Origin: Antedon mediterranea
Taxonomy: Eukaryota > Animalia > Echinodermata
Direction of reading: 5' to 3'
NCBI RefSeq assembly: GCF_964355755.1
Contig: NC_092673.1
Location: 9,610,001 to 9,674,000, forward strand
Length of the DNA: 64,000 nt
The translations under genes and the position numbers were made by a program. Positions within the stretch are counted from its first letter, which is position 1. The number at the start of each line of letters is the position of its first letter. Positions 23,908-37,900 of this stretch are shown here, piece by piece. Below the pieces are notes generated by a model, which saw only the letters and a list, made by a program, of their open reading frames with translations, did not search any database and had not been told where the DNA came from.

Positions 23908-26424
23908 ACTGGACGTAAACAACAAGTTGTTTTTAACGGAAAGATGTCCGGCAAGAGTTGCATAATATCAGGGGTTCCTCAGGGGTCTGTGCTTGGACCC
24001 CTGTTATTTAACATATATGTTAATGATCTACATATGCACCTACGTGCAAAACCATATCAATATGCAGACGACACTTGCATTGCTAAATGTACAGTATAAT
24101 GACGGAGGAAGATAGTTTATCTGTGCAACAGGACATTGACACGATCTCCTGGTGGTCAGCACTTAAAGGGGGATTCTGGGTTTAAAATTGCTTTTAAATA
24201 TCGTTTATTTATTAAATAAAAAATATTATAAACAATATAGACATGTCAGAATGAAGAAATAATAACGAGAAATTAAGAAAATTAAATTTCATATACATTT
24301 TAGGGTAAATTCATGGAAAGTCTGTTTTTCAGCAGCTTAGGGAAGCTCATTAATATTCATGAGATATTCACAAAATCACGTCATCAGTGGATTCCAAACT
24401 CGCGACGTCATTTACGTTGTGTTTGTCAACTAATTTACATCTCTCTCCCCTGTCAAACGACGACCACCCGATCATTGTGAAATATATTTTTTGTAGATTT
24501 TCTAAGCTAGGCCTAAAGTGTAACTGTAATAATAACAGTAGGACGTAGCATATATTTATTTGACATTTAATGAAATACAAAATTTAGTACAGATTACGGA
24601 GTCATAAATTATATACTATTTTTATACCTCAAATAGTACAGATCGTATTATCGGATTCACGTATTAGGCTAGGCCTAGCCTAAATTTTTTTTTTTCATGG
24701 GTGAGAGCCATTCTGACTAGGGATTCCATGCCACGATGGTTACGTTAAAACATTGGGGCCCATCATGGGCCTAGCTAGCCTACTACTAAACGATTGGCCC
24801 ATAAATAACAAAACTCAGTGGATTTCAAACCCATCCTATCAACCAAACAATCTAAACCTAAAACATTCTACAAAATCGGCTGTAAATATTGAGGCAAAAC
24901 AAGGTCCGATCACCGTCCACACGTATGGTGTCCCGATCGTCTAAGTAGGCCTAAAATAAGCCTAGTTTACTCTCCAAAAAAGCGGATACTGCATCAAGCA
25001 AGTAGACCAGGTAGTAGGAAGGAGACCTAGCCGATCCGGTCCAGTTAAAAATTGAGGTAGCTAGTGCAGTAGACCCTATGCGAATTGATACTACCAGGTC
25101 TTTTACTATAGGCTACACTTGTTAAAATTAGCAATACTTATGTTTACAAATATTCCAACTCTCTCATTCGAGCTATCATCTATACCATTCCGGTAGGTTG
25201 AGTCGACCTTCTATCAAATACTGTACATCGTTCATGTTGTGATTATAGACGGGGTATACTTGACCTGACCAGTTTGGTATTGTATACTGTATTTGCTTAT
25301 CACGTGACGATGCCAGGCATGGGCAGAGAAAGCACGTGTATCGTCGTCTCGCTCTCCTCGCTCAGCAGGAATGTATATGTTACGCTTCATTGATTTTGAA
25401 GGCTTTCCCTAAGGGAGCGTGCCCAAATGTTTTTACTCCGTTAAACTTGTTGTAACGCAACTTTTACCGTTATATGCAAGCTAATTTAAATGGGGTTGGG
25501 CGTGTTCAGTGAGGCATATCAAGCCCTCCCTTTACTAGCTACTATGCTGTTGTTATCACTCCATTGTTTAACGCGTAATTAACGGGAGACCGGACATGCT
25601 GTTCAGTGTTGCGTAACGATGATTCCAACGCGTTATTAACAGTCCTTGTTATGGTATGTTGCGTGAAATCCTATGATGACTCAAAATAACGGGTTATTAG
25701 CAGTCCGGTCATTGTTGTAACAACGTATATAATTATATTTATTAAATTAATCATGTATAATACTATATCCTAGGCCTACCGTAAAATAAAAATATATATA
25801 GGACTAGGCCTACACGGTAAAATAAAAATATATAGGTCTAAGCATACTATTTACGATCCGATTCATGGTATTTTTTAGCCTTGTACGTCGGGCGACACGT
25901 TTCTAAATTTCTAATAGCCGACTTTCACCTGAAAAAAAATACGTATTTTTTATCCCTGGATGTAACATGATATTGACGCGAATACCGCACTACAAAGAGC
26001 TAGGCCATGAACGATTCGTTAAAAGTACACCGCCAGAAAATCGCGTACCTATTGTTTAGATTACATACTATAAACAATTAATAACAAAGAAAGCCTAGAA
26101 AGATAAGCTCCTCCTCTCATTAAAATTGTTAAATAATTTTGCTTTGGCTGAGCCATTTTGTGACGGTTTCAACTCTTATCCATAACATTTCATTAATTAA
26201 ACAATCAAATAGATTTGCACTTTAGACAATATTTTTAAAAATAATTTACTGTATGAGTTCAGACTGTGAAGAACATGGATTTCGAAAGGTACACTTTATT
26301 TAACGCCAGGAATTCTTCTCACGGAAAAAAATGTGCTGATTGCAATCTGCATAAGCAACCAAAGATCCTGTATCTTTCTGGGATTCTGCCTTTTCCCCAG
26401 ATTTATTGTTATTTGTATATGACA

Positions 26425-26880
26425 TAAAACCTCAGTACTGTGGAATAATGCTACTCTATAAAGGCCTACTGTCATTCAATACTATCGTCCGTTAGCTCGG
26501 CGTTTAACGGACACAAACACTCAGTAACCTGTGGAATAATGCTATACTCTGTATGCTGTCATTCAATACTATCGTCCGTAAACTCGGCGTTTAACGGACA
26601 CAAAAACTCAGTAAATTGTGGAATGATGCTATACTCTATCTGTCATTTATTACTATCGTCCGTTAGCTCGGCGTTTAACGGACACAAAAAATCAGTAATA
26701 TAACCTGTGGAATGATGCTATACTCTATATTATGCTGTCATTTTAATACTATCGTCCGTTAGCTCGGCGTTTAACGGACACAAAAACTCAGTAAACTCTG
26801 GGAATGATGGGTATTCGAATGATGCATACTCTATATACTGTCATCTATCGTCCGTTAACTCGGCGTTTAACGGAACAACG
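26425..26880. repeat. Tandem array of five ~85-95-bp units with a hairpin core
   Basis: Repeated tgtggaat(a/g)atgctatactct...gtcatt..atactatcgtccgttagctcggcgtttaacggacacaaaaactcagtaa. Confidence 0.9.
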
Positions 26881-27029
26881 CACTGAATAGTAAATTCGCG
26901 CTTGGTTGAGAGCAAGTAGGGGAATTCCCTTTTTTGCGACGCCTCCCTACTGCAAGAAGGCAATTGCACATTGTTTTTATATATTTATTTTATATATATA
27001 CTGTATAAGTGTTTTGCCTATTACACCAT

Positions 27030-27472
27030 TTAGGCCTAAATAGATACAATAATTGTTAATGTACACAGTTTTTTTTTGTATTTTGTAATAAGCATGACAC
27101 CCTTGCAGCAGCATCACGGAGGCTGCCAAAAACACCGTGGTGCGTGTGTACATCGCATCGCGGTGATAAAAAACCATGTGCTTGCTAATAACGTGACGTC
27201 ATATCGCCCAAAGTTTCATCCTCTGTTTTTGGACACACTCGAGGTCAGCGATAGTTAAAGTAATAATTTATTTACCTAATACAATAATTGTTAATGTGCA
27301 CAGTTTTTTTAGTATTTTGTAATAAACATGACACCCTTGCAGCATCACGAAGGCTGGCCAAAAACACTGTGGTGCGTGTTGTACATCGCTTCGCGGTGAT
27401 AAAAAACCATGTGCTTGCTAATAACGTGACGTCATATCGCCCAAAGTTTCCTCCTCTGTTTTTGGACACACT
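27030..27472. repeat. Direct duplication of about 200-235 bp
   Basis: 27030-27239 and 27272-27472 are nearly identical and both end in cctctgtttttggacacact. Confidence 0.85.
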
Positions 27473-28574
27473 TAACTCGCGCGGCAGCTACAGTCAGTAA
27501 ATGTTTTAGCTCTAGATAGACGGCGACCGGTTTCTATATTGTTTGGTCCATACCATCGTCCATAAAGGCTATACATGCTGATACTATCGATACGACAGTC
27601 GGGGTTTTATCCGTGTTTACAATTTCGCCATTTTTTTTTTTCGGTCAAGTGTACGGGGTAAAAAATAAAAAAGCAATTAACGTCAAGCATGCTAAACAAA
27701 AAATTAGTATATTATAGGAATGTTCTATAAGCTGAAAATCTTCAACAAAAATTGTGGAATTGTAGATGCTGATAATTTAATGTTGGGTAAGGTTGTTTTA
27801 ACAGCATTTTTTTTTTGCCGTCGAAATGACGGTTTACCACAACATCATCTGCAGTTTCAAGGCCCTTTCTACAGCAATTGCCGTCGATCTTCATATTATT
27901 ATTAGATATTATTGTATTGAACTCTGTAATGTGTGGTGTGATATTGTCAGTACAAGGGTCCGTTAAATGAGCGTTTAACGAATATAAAAACGATCTGTTT
28001 AGGTCGGCGTTTAACGGACGAAAACAACGGACGTTGTTTTTCCGTTGTACGCGTTAGATAGTAAATTCAATTTCATTGTACAGTATTAACCATGATACGC
28101 TCTGCTGAGTATAGACCGCCCAACTCATTAACGTTTTGCATATTATTAATGCATTTAAAAGTCTATTAACGGAGTAAAAACATTTGGGCATGCTCCCTAA
28201 GTCAGTGCGAAAATCGACAAACGTAAAGTGCAAACATATCTAATTTTTCACTGTTTTGATGAATTTTCAAAGAACATTGACTTTATAAATGGGAAGACCG
28301 ACTAAAATTACATTAGATAAGTATAATTTTACAAAAGTAATTAATATGATTAATGATAACGAGTCGTCGGAAGATTGACCATTTCACGAATTTCCTATTC
28401 TGTAAACACAGTGTCATATCGCTGTATCTGGCCTCATTTCACAGCCTTCGTTCTGCTTCACTGGGCGCTTTTATAAATTGAAACTTTTACCGTTCAAGAG
28501 ACAAACAAATATATTTTACATTTTTTACTATTTATTTTAAACCCGGAACCCCCCTTTAATTCACTTTCCCTTAA

Positions 28575-29529
28575 AATGGACCTGAAATGGACTTTCAATT
28601 TTCAAGAAATTCACACATGTTATTTAAATGTATCAAATTAACACAAACCCATACAAATAAAAACAAAATGTATAGTATTTTGAGTAAAAACGAAATTTTA
28701 AGATACCATGGTAAATTAGCGAAAATTACTCACGCCATTGCAATATTCTATTTCAACGGCCGTCGGAAGCCTCTATATTCACGAATTTAGAAGGCCTACC
28801 TCCCAAACCTTTACTAGGCCTAGCCCCCAATCCAGCGCGCGGAGTCGATCCACCACCCACATCATGCGGCGAGGCTCCGTTTCATGTGCATCCAAGGACC
28901 AAAGCGATATCAACAACTTGCTGCGCTCATTGTCAAGCCAAAGTAAAATATTAATAAAATTCGTTTTCGAACTGCCTGATTCGTGACAAATAAATTATCA
29001 TCTCATATTACTAATTTAATTCTGCTAAACTAAAAACTAAGAAACTAACACATTTTAGCAGTATAAATTATGAACGATATACAAAATACACGAACGCAAA
29101 ATATGGATACGCATCATTGCGCACGGAGCTGTATCCCGGACAACGTTGCCAGGCCAACTTCAGTATTGCCAGAAAAAAAACGTTGATTTTAAGATTTTAA
29201 ATCGTCATTTACTCGATGAATAACCGTTTATACGGTAATAATTTTATCTAAAAAAATTCTAAATACGTTTCTGCAAATGCACAAGCATTTTTTAGAAAAT
29301 ACTCCATAGATTTCAAGAGTTATAGCCAAAAAAATGCAAATTATCCATTGGAGGGATAGGAATATATTCGCAAAGTGACGGTCACCCGCGAATTTTTTGG
29401 ATTTTCAAATGGGGCTTTCCCCAAAAGGGCCAATTTATATTTTGTAACAATATACATTCTAGCAACACCTAATAGCCCCCAAAACATCATTCTAAAATGA
29501 AAAAAATCGAAAATCCATTTAGGTCCATT
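28575..29529. mobile_element. Second Kolobok-like MITE (TTAA TSD)
   Basis: TTAA|aatggacctgaaatgga ... tccatttaggtccatt|TTAA. Removing it restores the LINE reading frame. Confidence 0.85.
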
Positions 29530-29822
29530 TTAACCCTAATAAATGTCATGTGTTGTCATTGTCCAGAAAACGAGATCCCGTTGTTCCATCTTACATTCTA
29601 AATGGACATGAACTCATGAACGTTAATGACATTACGTTACTTGATGTGGTAATATCACATAATTTGTCATGGGCACATCAGGTAGATAATGTAACTTTGA
29701 AATGCAATAGGATGTTAGTTTTTTATACGATCAATTGCCACAGGTTGTTCTACATCTGTTTTACTTAAACAATATTTTTGGTTAACCCTTGTGATTGTAA
29801 ATATCTTTTTTTTTCATCTTTA

Positions 29823-31394
29823 TTAGTTATCCGCATTGAGCGGATAACTCCTTGTAATCGTCCTGTTTCAATTTTATATTATTCTTCTGTCTTTCTCCCT
29901 CACTTTTTGTGCAGAGCGTATCTCTAAAATGGGTAAACATAACATTTCATAACTTTGTCAACATATGGGCATTTACATGAAGTTGTGCACCTCCTATTTT
30001 TGAATGACGTCAGAGTTGCGCAACGTGACTTACGCGCGATTTTATGATTTTTTATGATTGCTCATAGACTAAAAACCAAGCATAATTTAGTTTTGACACT
30101 TTGTGAAAATTTAAGTCATATCAAGTGCAAACTTTTTGTGGATTAAAAATGGCACGTTTTACAAGAAGTTACGCGCGCACGCGCATTTAAAGTTTCAAAA
30201 TGCGTAAAATTTATTTCTAATCAACTTTTTACACGACTCATGACATTTTGCGCATGTCAAAACTTCCCACGTGCGCGCATTTTTGTTACGCGCGCGGTGC
30301 CCACGTACGGTGAAAAACATCTTTTTTTCGCATGAATTATGTTTTTCCAGCCTTCTAGAGTAATTTTACCATTTTAAAACCATTTTTGACTTAAAATTAC
30401 GTCATACGAGCACGTCAAATTGGAAAATTTGCGCGCGTTTTTGATGAAAAAGTTCCAACATTCATGAAAATTATGCCTTTTTTTAAACAGTCATAGATTC
30501 TAAACTATGAGGTGAACTTTTTTTTTAATTACATATTCTGGAAGTTGATGAGTTGTAGATATCGGATCATGGATCAATATGGCTAACCGGACATTGTGAC
30601 GTCATGGTATGGCCACACGAATGCAAAATATAGGAATTTTTTCTCTTTCGTTATTGCTCATCACATTCAATGGAGCGCATCACGCTTATCCGTATTCCAT
30701 TTTCTGCAAGATTTTAATACTGTCTAGGTCAATCAACTATCTTTCGCATGAGTTAAAAATATTTAAATTTTTATGACGTCATTATGTCTAAAAATGTAAA
30801 TAACGTGGGTCACTTATTTTCATCTTTACAGTAAATTTCAATCTGTTATAGCTCGTAAGAATAAAAAGTGATAATCATGATTAAAACGTTTTCTGGAAGC
30901 TATTGGATTGTAGATACGAATTAATGTGAAAATGTTGCTAATCAGATGTTATGACGTCATCATATGGCCAGTTGACTAAAAAATGTCGTATTTTCACCTT
31001 TTGCGTCATAGTTCATCACATTTAAAAGAGTGCGCATCTATATTTTACGTATTCAAATTCCTTCTACATGTTAATATGTTGTTGCTGAGATAATTTCCTT
31101 CCGAAATTGCTATCTTAGAGTTTAATTTTGATACCGTCGCCATGTTAAAAATATGAATAAATGGCGGGTCCCATAATTTCACCTACTCTGCACTGTATGT
31201 AATATGTATACATATTATACTGTTTATACTGTATAATATGACACAAAATTGACAGAATTCAGCACTAACAACATATATTTTTCAGGTCATAATGCCATAA
31301 TCTTTTTCTGTGTGCAATATTCCAACGTATGACGTGCACGTGGCGTTTGTCGTGCGGATAACTAACTCGTCAAAGTGACGAGTTTCATGTCTAG
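29823..31394 (+). mobile_element. HINE family A, complete copy
   Basis: ttagttatccgcattgagcggataact ... gcggataactaactcgtcaaagtgacgagtttcatgtctag. Confidence 0.88.
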
Positions 31395-33265
31395 TTAGTT
31401 ATCCGCTTAGTAGCGGATAACTCCTTGTAATCGTCCTGGATCTTTTTTTTTTTTTTTATATTATTCTTCTTTCTTTCTCCTCCATTTTTGTGTCTCGCGT
31501 ATCTCAAAAACTTGTAAACATAACATTTCATAACTTTGTCAACATATGGGCATTTACGTGAAGTTGTGCACCTCCTTTTTTGAATGACGTCAGAGTTGCG
31601 CAATGTGACTTACGTGCGATTTTATGATTTTTTATGATTGATCATAGGCTAAAAACCAAGCATAATTTTATTTTGACACTTTCTGAAAATTTAAGTCATA
31701 TCAAGGGCAAACTTTTTGTGGATTAAAAATGCCATGTTTTACAAGACGTTACGCGCGCACGCGCATTTCTCCTCTATTTTTGTGTCTCGCTTATATAAAA
31801 AATGTGTAAACATAACATTCATAACTTTGTCAACATATGGGCATTCACGTGAAGTTGTGCACCTACTATTGTGAATGACGTCAGAAATGCGTAACGTGAC
31901 TTACGCGTGATTTTATGAATTTCTCGTATTCAACATAGATTGAAAACCATATAACTATGTAAGTTGAAACTTAGCAAAAGTTTAATTTATATCTTGCGCT
32001 AACTTTTTGTGCACTAAAAATGGCATTTTTTAAACGAAGTTACGCGCGCACGCGCATTTAAAATTTAAAATGCGCAAAATTAATTTCTAATCAACTTTCT
32101 ACGCTGATCATGACATTTTGAGCATGTCAAAAATTCCCACGCGCGCGAACAATTTTACGCGCGTGGTCCGTACGTAGCGCTAAAAACATCTGTTTTTGCG
32201 TGAATTATGTCTTTCCAGCCTTTTATAGTAATTTTATCAAATTTTAAAACAATTTAGACTTAAAATTACGTCATACGAGCACGTCGAATTATACAATTTG
32301 TGCGTGTTTTTAAAGAAAAAATTCAAAAATTCGTCAAAATTATGCCTTTTTTTAAACAATCATAGATTCTAAACTACGTGGAGAACTTTTTTTTACTTAC
32401 ATATTCTGGAAGGTGATGAGTTGTAGATATCGGATCATTAATCAATATGGCTAACCGGACATTGTGACGTCATCGTATGGCCACGCGAATATAAAATATA
32501 GGATTTTTGTCTCTTTCGTCATAGCTCATCACATTTAATAGAGCGCATCTCCACTTATTCGTTGTCCATTTTCACCCCGATTTTAATATATTCTAGGTCA
32601 ATCAACTATCTTTTGCATGAATTAAAATTTTTTAAATTTTTTTAACGTCATCATGCCTAAAAATTTAAATTACGTTGGTCATTAATTTCATCTTTACAGT
32701 AAATTTTAATCTGTTATAGCTCGTAAGAATAAAATGTGATAATCACGATTAAAACGTTTTCAGGAAGCTATTGTATTGTAGATACAAAATCATGTGAAAA
32801 TTGTGCCAATTGAATGTTGTGACATCATCATATGGCCAGTTAAATAAAAAAAGTTGTATTTTCATCTTTTGCGTTATATTTCATTACATTTAAAAGAGCG
32901 CGCATTAATATTTCACGTATTCAAATTTCTTCTACACGTTAATATGTTGTTGCTGAGATAATTTTATTCTGAAATTTCTACTTTTGCATTTCATTTTGAA
33001 ACCGTCAAGATGTTAAAAATTACAATAAAATACCGGTCCCGTAATTTCACCTATTTTACACTGTTTGTGATATGTATACAGATTGTACTGTGTATACTAT
33101 ATGACACAAAATAACAGAATTCAGAAATAACAACATATCATATTCTTCAGTTCAGGTCATAATGCCTTAATATTTTTCTGTGTGCAATATTCTAACGTAT
33201 GACGTGCACGTGGCGTTTGTCGAGCGGATAACTAACTCGTCAAAGTGACGAGTTTCATGTCTAGT
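31395..33265 (+). mobile_element. HINE family A, complete copy with a ~290-bp internal duplication
   Basis: Starts ttagttatccgcttagtagcggataact; 31475-31768 is repeated from 31769; same 3' subTIR, hairpin and CTAG. Confidence 0.88.
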
Positions 33266-34810
33266 TCTTCTTTCTTTCCCGGATTTTTGTGAGCAGCATA
33301 TCCCCTATTGCTTGTGAATATATTTTTGTATAACTTTGACAACATATGGGCATTTACGTGAAGTTGTGCACCTCCTATTTTTGAATGACGTCATAGTTGC
33401 GCAACGTGACTTACGCGCAATTTTATGAATTTCAATGATTGATCATAGATTAAAAACCAAAAGTCATTTAGTATTGACACTTTGACAAAAATTAAGTCAT
33501 ATCAGGGGCAAACTTTCTACGGATTAAAAATGGCATGTTTCACAAGAAGTTACGCGCGCACGCGCATTTAAAATTTCAAAATGCGCAAAATTAATTTCTA
33601 ATCAACTTTTTATGCGTTTCTTGTCATTTTGAGCATGTCAAAAATTCCCACGGGCGCGCAATTTTTTACGCACGCGGTGCGCACGTAGCGTTAAAAACAT
33701 ATTTTTTTCTCTTGAATTATATTTTTCAAGCCTTTCCTAGTAATTTTGAAAACAATTTAGACCTGTTCCAGTTTAAATAACGCCACACGAACACGTTGAA
33801 TTAGACAATTCGTGTGCGTTTTTGATGAAAAAGCTTTAAAAATCGTCAAAATAATGTCTTTTTTTAAACAGTCATAGTTTCTAAAGTAAACCTTGAACCG
33901 TTTATTTTTATTACAAAATCTAGAAGTTGATGAGTTGTAGATATCGGATCATGCATCGATAAGGCTAAAAAAAACATTTTAACGTCATCGTATGGCCACA
34001 CGAATGTAAAATATAGGATTTTTGTCTCTTTCGTTATTGCTCATCACATTCAATGGAGCGCATCACGCTTAACAGTATTCCTTTTTCTCCTACATTTATA
34101 TATTGTCTAGGTCAATCAACTTTCTTTAGCATGAGATAAAAATATTTTAATTTTTATAACGTCATCATGCCTAAAAATTTTAATTACGTGGGTCATAAAT
34201 TTCATCTTTACAGTAAATTTTAATCTGTAATAGCTCGTAAGAATAAAATGTGATAATCACGATTAAAACGTTTTCTGGAAGCTATTGGATTGTAGATACG
34301 AAATCATGTGAAATTTTCGCCAATCAGATGTTTTGACGTCATCATATGACAAGTTTAATTAAAAAGGTCAAATTTTCATCGTCTGCGTCAAAGTTCATCA
34401 CATTTAAATGTGCTCGCACCAACATTTTACGTATTCAAATTTCTTTTACACGTTAATATGTTGTTGCTGAGATAATTTTCTTCAGAAATTGCTATCTTTG
34501 TGTTTTTTTTTTATGACGTCATCATGTTAAATATTTGAATTAAAGGCAGGTCCCATAATTCAGTTAATATGTCATATAATATACAGTAGAATGTACACCA
34601 GCATAGGCTCTGATGTGAGCAAATTGTTGTTTGCTGCCCTCGGTATCATGTAGAAGTAATGTCTCCTTGTATACACAGTATACTGTATAATTATAATACA
34701 AGGCGAAAATACAGGACCACCTCTTATTAAAGTTTTTAACATATGACATGCACGTGGCGTCTGTCGTTCGGATAACTAACTCGTCAAAGTGACGAGTTTC
34801 ATGTCTAGTT
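33266..34810 (+). mobile_element. HINE family A body and 3' end (its 5' remnant is probably at about 29780-29822)
   Basis: Homologous body that starts in the T-rich tract and ends cggataactaactcgtcaaagtgacgagtttcatgtctagtt. Confidence 0.85.
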
Positions 34811-34920
34811 TTACCGTTATTTTTGTTACAAATATATTATATAAATTACAGAATAGTTTTATTTTAAATATGTTGACTATCAATTGTAGGCATTTGGATG
34901 TTCTAACTTTTAAACATCTT

Positions 34921-37900
34921 CAATTCAATTCAATTAAAACTTTATTATCCCCATGGGGAAACTCTGTTGGCCTTTTCAAAAATACAGTACATACAAATAT
35001 AAAATGGATACAGTACATAAAATATAAAATACGATAAAAAAAGCCATACAAAATATACATATAAAATCCTAAAAAGTTGATTAAAATACTACAAAAAATA
35101 AAACTAGCGCATGTCATTCATTATATAATCGTATTGCAGCAGGGACGAATGAATTGCCATATCTATTTGTTTTAATTTTTCTTTGAAGGAGTCTGTCACT
35201 ACGTTGACTTTTGTTAAATTTATAGTGCAGAGGATGAGCGTGGTCTTTTAAAATAATCTTCAATTTTTTAATTACTAATTCCTTATATAAAACTTCAGGT
35301 TGAATTTGTTCAGAGCCTACTATTCTACTGCCTTGTTTAACTATTTTATTAAGTAAAAGTCTATCTTTAAAACGTGAATTACCATAATAACATATTAGGC
35401 AAAAACTAAGTACACTGTTTAAGATAGAAGTATAAAAAAGTAGTAAAATAGTATGGTCAATCTTAAAAGAGTTTAATTTGCGTAGAAAGAAGAGACGTTT
35501 TTGTAATTTATTGTATATGCAGCTACTATTTGCATCAAATTTAAGTTCATTATCAATTTCAACCCCTAAATATTTGTAAGTTTTAACTTCCGAAATGGTC
35601 TCACCATTGATTTTGATCTTGGGAAGGTAGTTTATCTTCTTCCGAAAATCAAAAACCATCTCTTTAGTTTTATTTATATTTAGATCTAAAAAATTATCTT
35701 TACACCATTTGTGAAAAATATTAATACTGTCTAAGAAGCCTGTCATTGAATCATCTTTTGAATCCAGATAACCAATCAGAGCAGTGTCGTCTGCATATTT
35801 AATAATCTCAGTTTTTGTATTATTTGACTTACAATCATTTGTGTATATTGTATACAATAAAGGTGACAACACACAACCTTGTGGAACACCCGTGTTAACT
35901 TTCAACAACGAGGACGACGTGTGATTTAGCTTAACACGCTGTTCTCTATCTTTTAAAAAATTAAGTAGCCATTTTATAATCAGTGGGTTAACTTCTAAAT
36001 CGATAAGCTTATTAGCCAGAACATATGGTTGAATATTATTGAATGCACTAGAGAAATCAACAAAAAGAATTCTCGCAAAGCAACCTTTTTTCTCTAGGTG
36101 CTCAGAAACATTATTAAGGAGCAGAAGCACTGCATCATCAACACACCTGTTTGGACGATATGCAAATTGATTTATATCTAGCAGATTCTCCACTGAGGCA
36201 ACTAGCTTACTTTTAAAAAATTTTTCTAAACACTTCATTGGTACACATGTAAGGGCCACGGGTCTAAGGTCATTCATTTCCTTGGTATTTGGTTTTTTGG
36301 GAATGGGCATGATTGTTGATTTTTTCCACAACATTGGAACTATTGAGTCATTTACAGAGGATTGAAAAAGTTTACAAAAAGGAATGGCCAACTGATCGGC
36401 ACACCTTTTAAGAGTCTTACAACTAATATTATCGGGACCTTTTGCCTTACGTGGGTTAAGTTTTTTAAATAATAAGTTCACTTCGTCCACAGTGATTTGA
36501 AAATGTTCCGGGGGTACCGGCAGTTCATCAACGCGTTTTGTTGTTTCCCTCATGTTCAAGTCAACGTCCACTTTATCAAATCTGTTGTAGAAGGCATTTA
36601 AATCATTTGCATATTTCTTTTCATTGTCAACAACAACACCCTTTGCCTTCGGTTTATAACCAGTAATATTCTGCAAACCTTGCCAAACCTTAGATGAGTC
36701 ACGATTTCGGAAGGACCTTTCAATTTTATTTTATATTCCTTTTTGCATTCAATAATTTTCCGCTTGATTTGCTTCTGTATATCTTTTCGCTTCTCTTTCT
36801 CTCCGTCATAAAAACATTTCTTTTTCTTATTAAGGAGTCCTTTGAATTCTTTGGACACCCAAGGTTTATTATTAGAAAAAACTTTAATTCTTGATACAGG
36901 TATAATCATTTCCTCACAGAATCTTACGTATTCGGATACAACGAGGGTCGCTTCGCTCAAATTTTCTGCATTTTCCGTTAATGCATCCCAGTTTGTGCAT
37001 TCAAAACACCCTTTAAGGGTCTCGCTGGCTTCCTCAGTCCAACGTTTTACCTTTATTTTCTTTGAGGGTTTATCACGAAGATGGGTTTTTATATATTGGA
37101 ATGAGGCTGATCATATTGTGGTCAGATTTGCCAAGACCCGCCATAGCTTTACACTTGTATGCACCATCAATATTTCCATAGCAAAGGTCGATACACGTAT
37201 TGTTGCGAGTTGGACAATCAACATATTGCTGGTATGTAGGTAGGTATTCTTTTAATGAACATGAGTTGAAATCCCCCATGATGAATTTAGCTGCTTCAGG
37301 CGAATTATTTTCTGCTTCAGAAATGAGATCATATGCTGTGGTTGCTGCTATATTAATGTCTGCTGATGGTGGGATATAGACCACAAATACCTTCACTTGA
37401 TGTATCTCCCTTGGGAGGTAATACGGGCGCATATCAATCGCAAGCAATTCAATGTCCTTATTACATACTTCACTCCTTACAGTGATATGCGATGGTTTGC
37501 AGTATTTTTCACTTACATAAGCACACACGCCCCTCCTTTGTTTTTACCTGAATTTTCATTTCTATCCATTCTAATCAATGTGTAATCATCAAGATCAACT
37601 GAGGAATCTGGATCATTATCCGTCAGCCATGTTTCTGACAAACAAATCATGCTCGACTCGCGAAAAACCGTTAAAGAACTTTACGTTCGCTCTTAGTTCA
37701 TCTATTTTGTTTCTTATACTCTGTACATTACCAAAAACAACTGTTGGCAGTGGGGTTTTATGCTTTAATTTCTTTAATCGAACTCTAACGCCTCCTCTTT
37801 GGCCTCGTTTTCTTTTCTTTGTTTTGTTAATGTTTGAGTACGCACCTGTTGCAAAGGAATGTGTAGTATTTAAGTCACGTCTACTTAAGAGAAATTCTCT

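Larger units (their letters stand above)
25413..28197. mobile_element. PIF/Harbinger-type non-autonomous element nested in the Kolobok-like element
   Basis: TAA|gggagcgtgcccaaatgtttttactccgttaa ... ttaacggagtaaaaacatttgggcatgctccc|TAA, a 32-bp TIR with one mismatch. Confidence 0.9.
24167..28555. mobile_element. Kolobok-like non-autonomous element (TTAA TSD)
   Basis: TTAA|agggggattctgggtttaaaat ... attttaaacccggaaccccc(c)t|TTAA, with RR...YY termini. Confidence 0.85.
23908..29760 (+). mobile_element. CR1/Jockey-group LINE RT fragment split by two TTAA insertions (pieces 23908-24166, 28560-28574, 29534-29760; probable 3' piece 38141-38290)
   Basis: Motifs SGVPQGSVLGPLLFNIYVNDL and YADDT. The rejoined sequence reads WSALNSLSLNPNKCHVLSLSRKRD...YILNG...NLSW. 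The downstream piece reads RFIRLWNSLP. Confidence 0.85.

Noticed and set aside
26425-26880. CRISPR-like array of palindromic repeats
   Set aside because: The intervening sequences are homologous rather than unique spacers, there are no cas genes, and the array lies inside a eukaryotic MITE.
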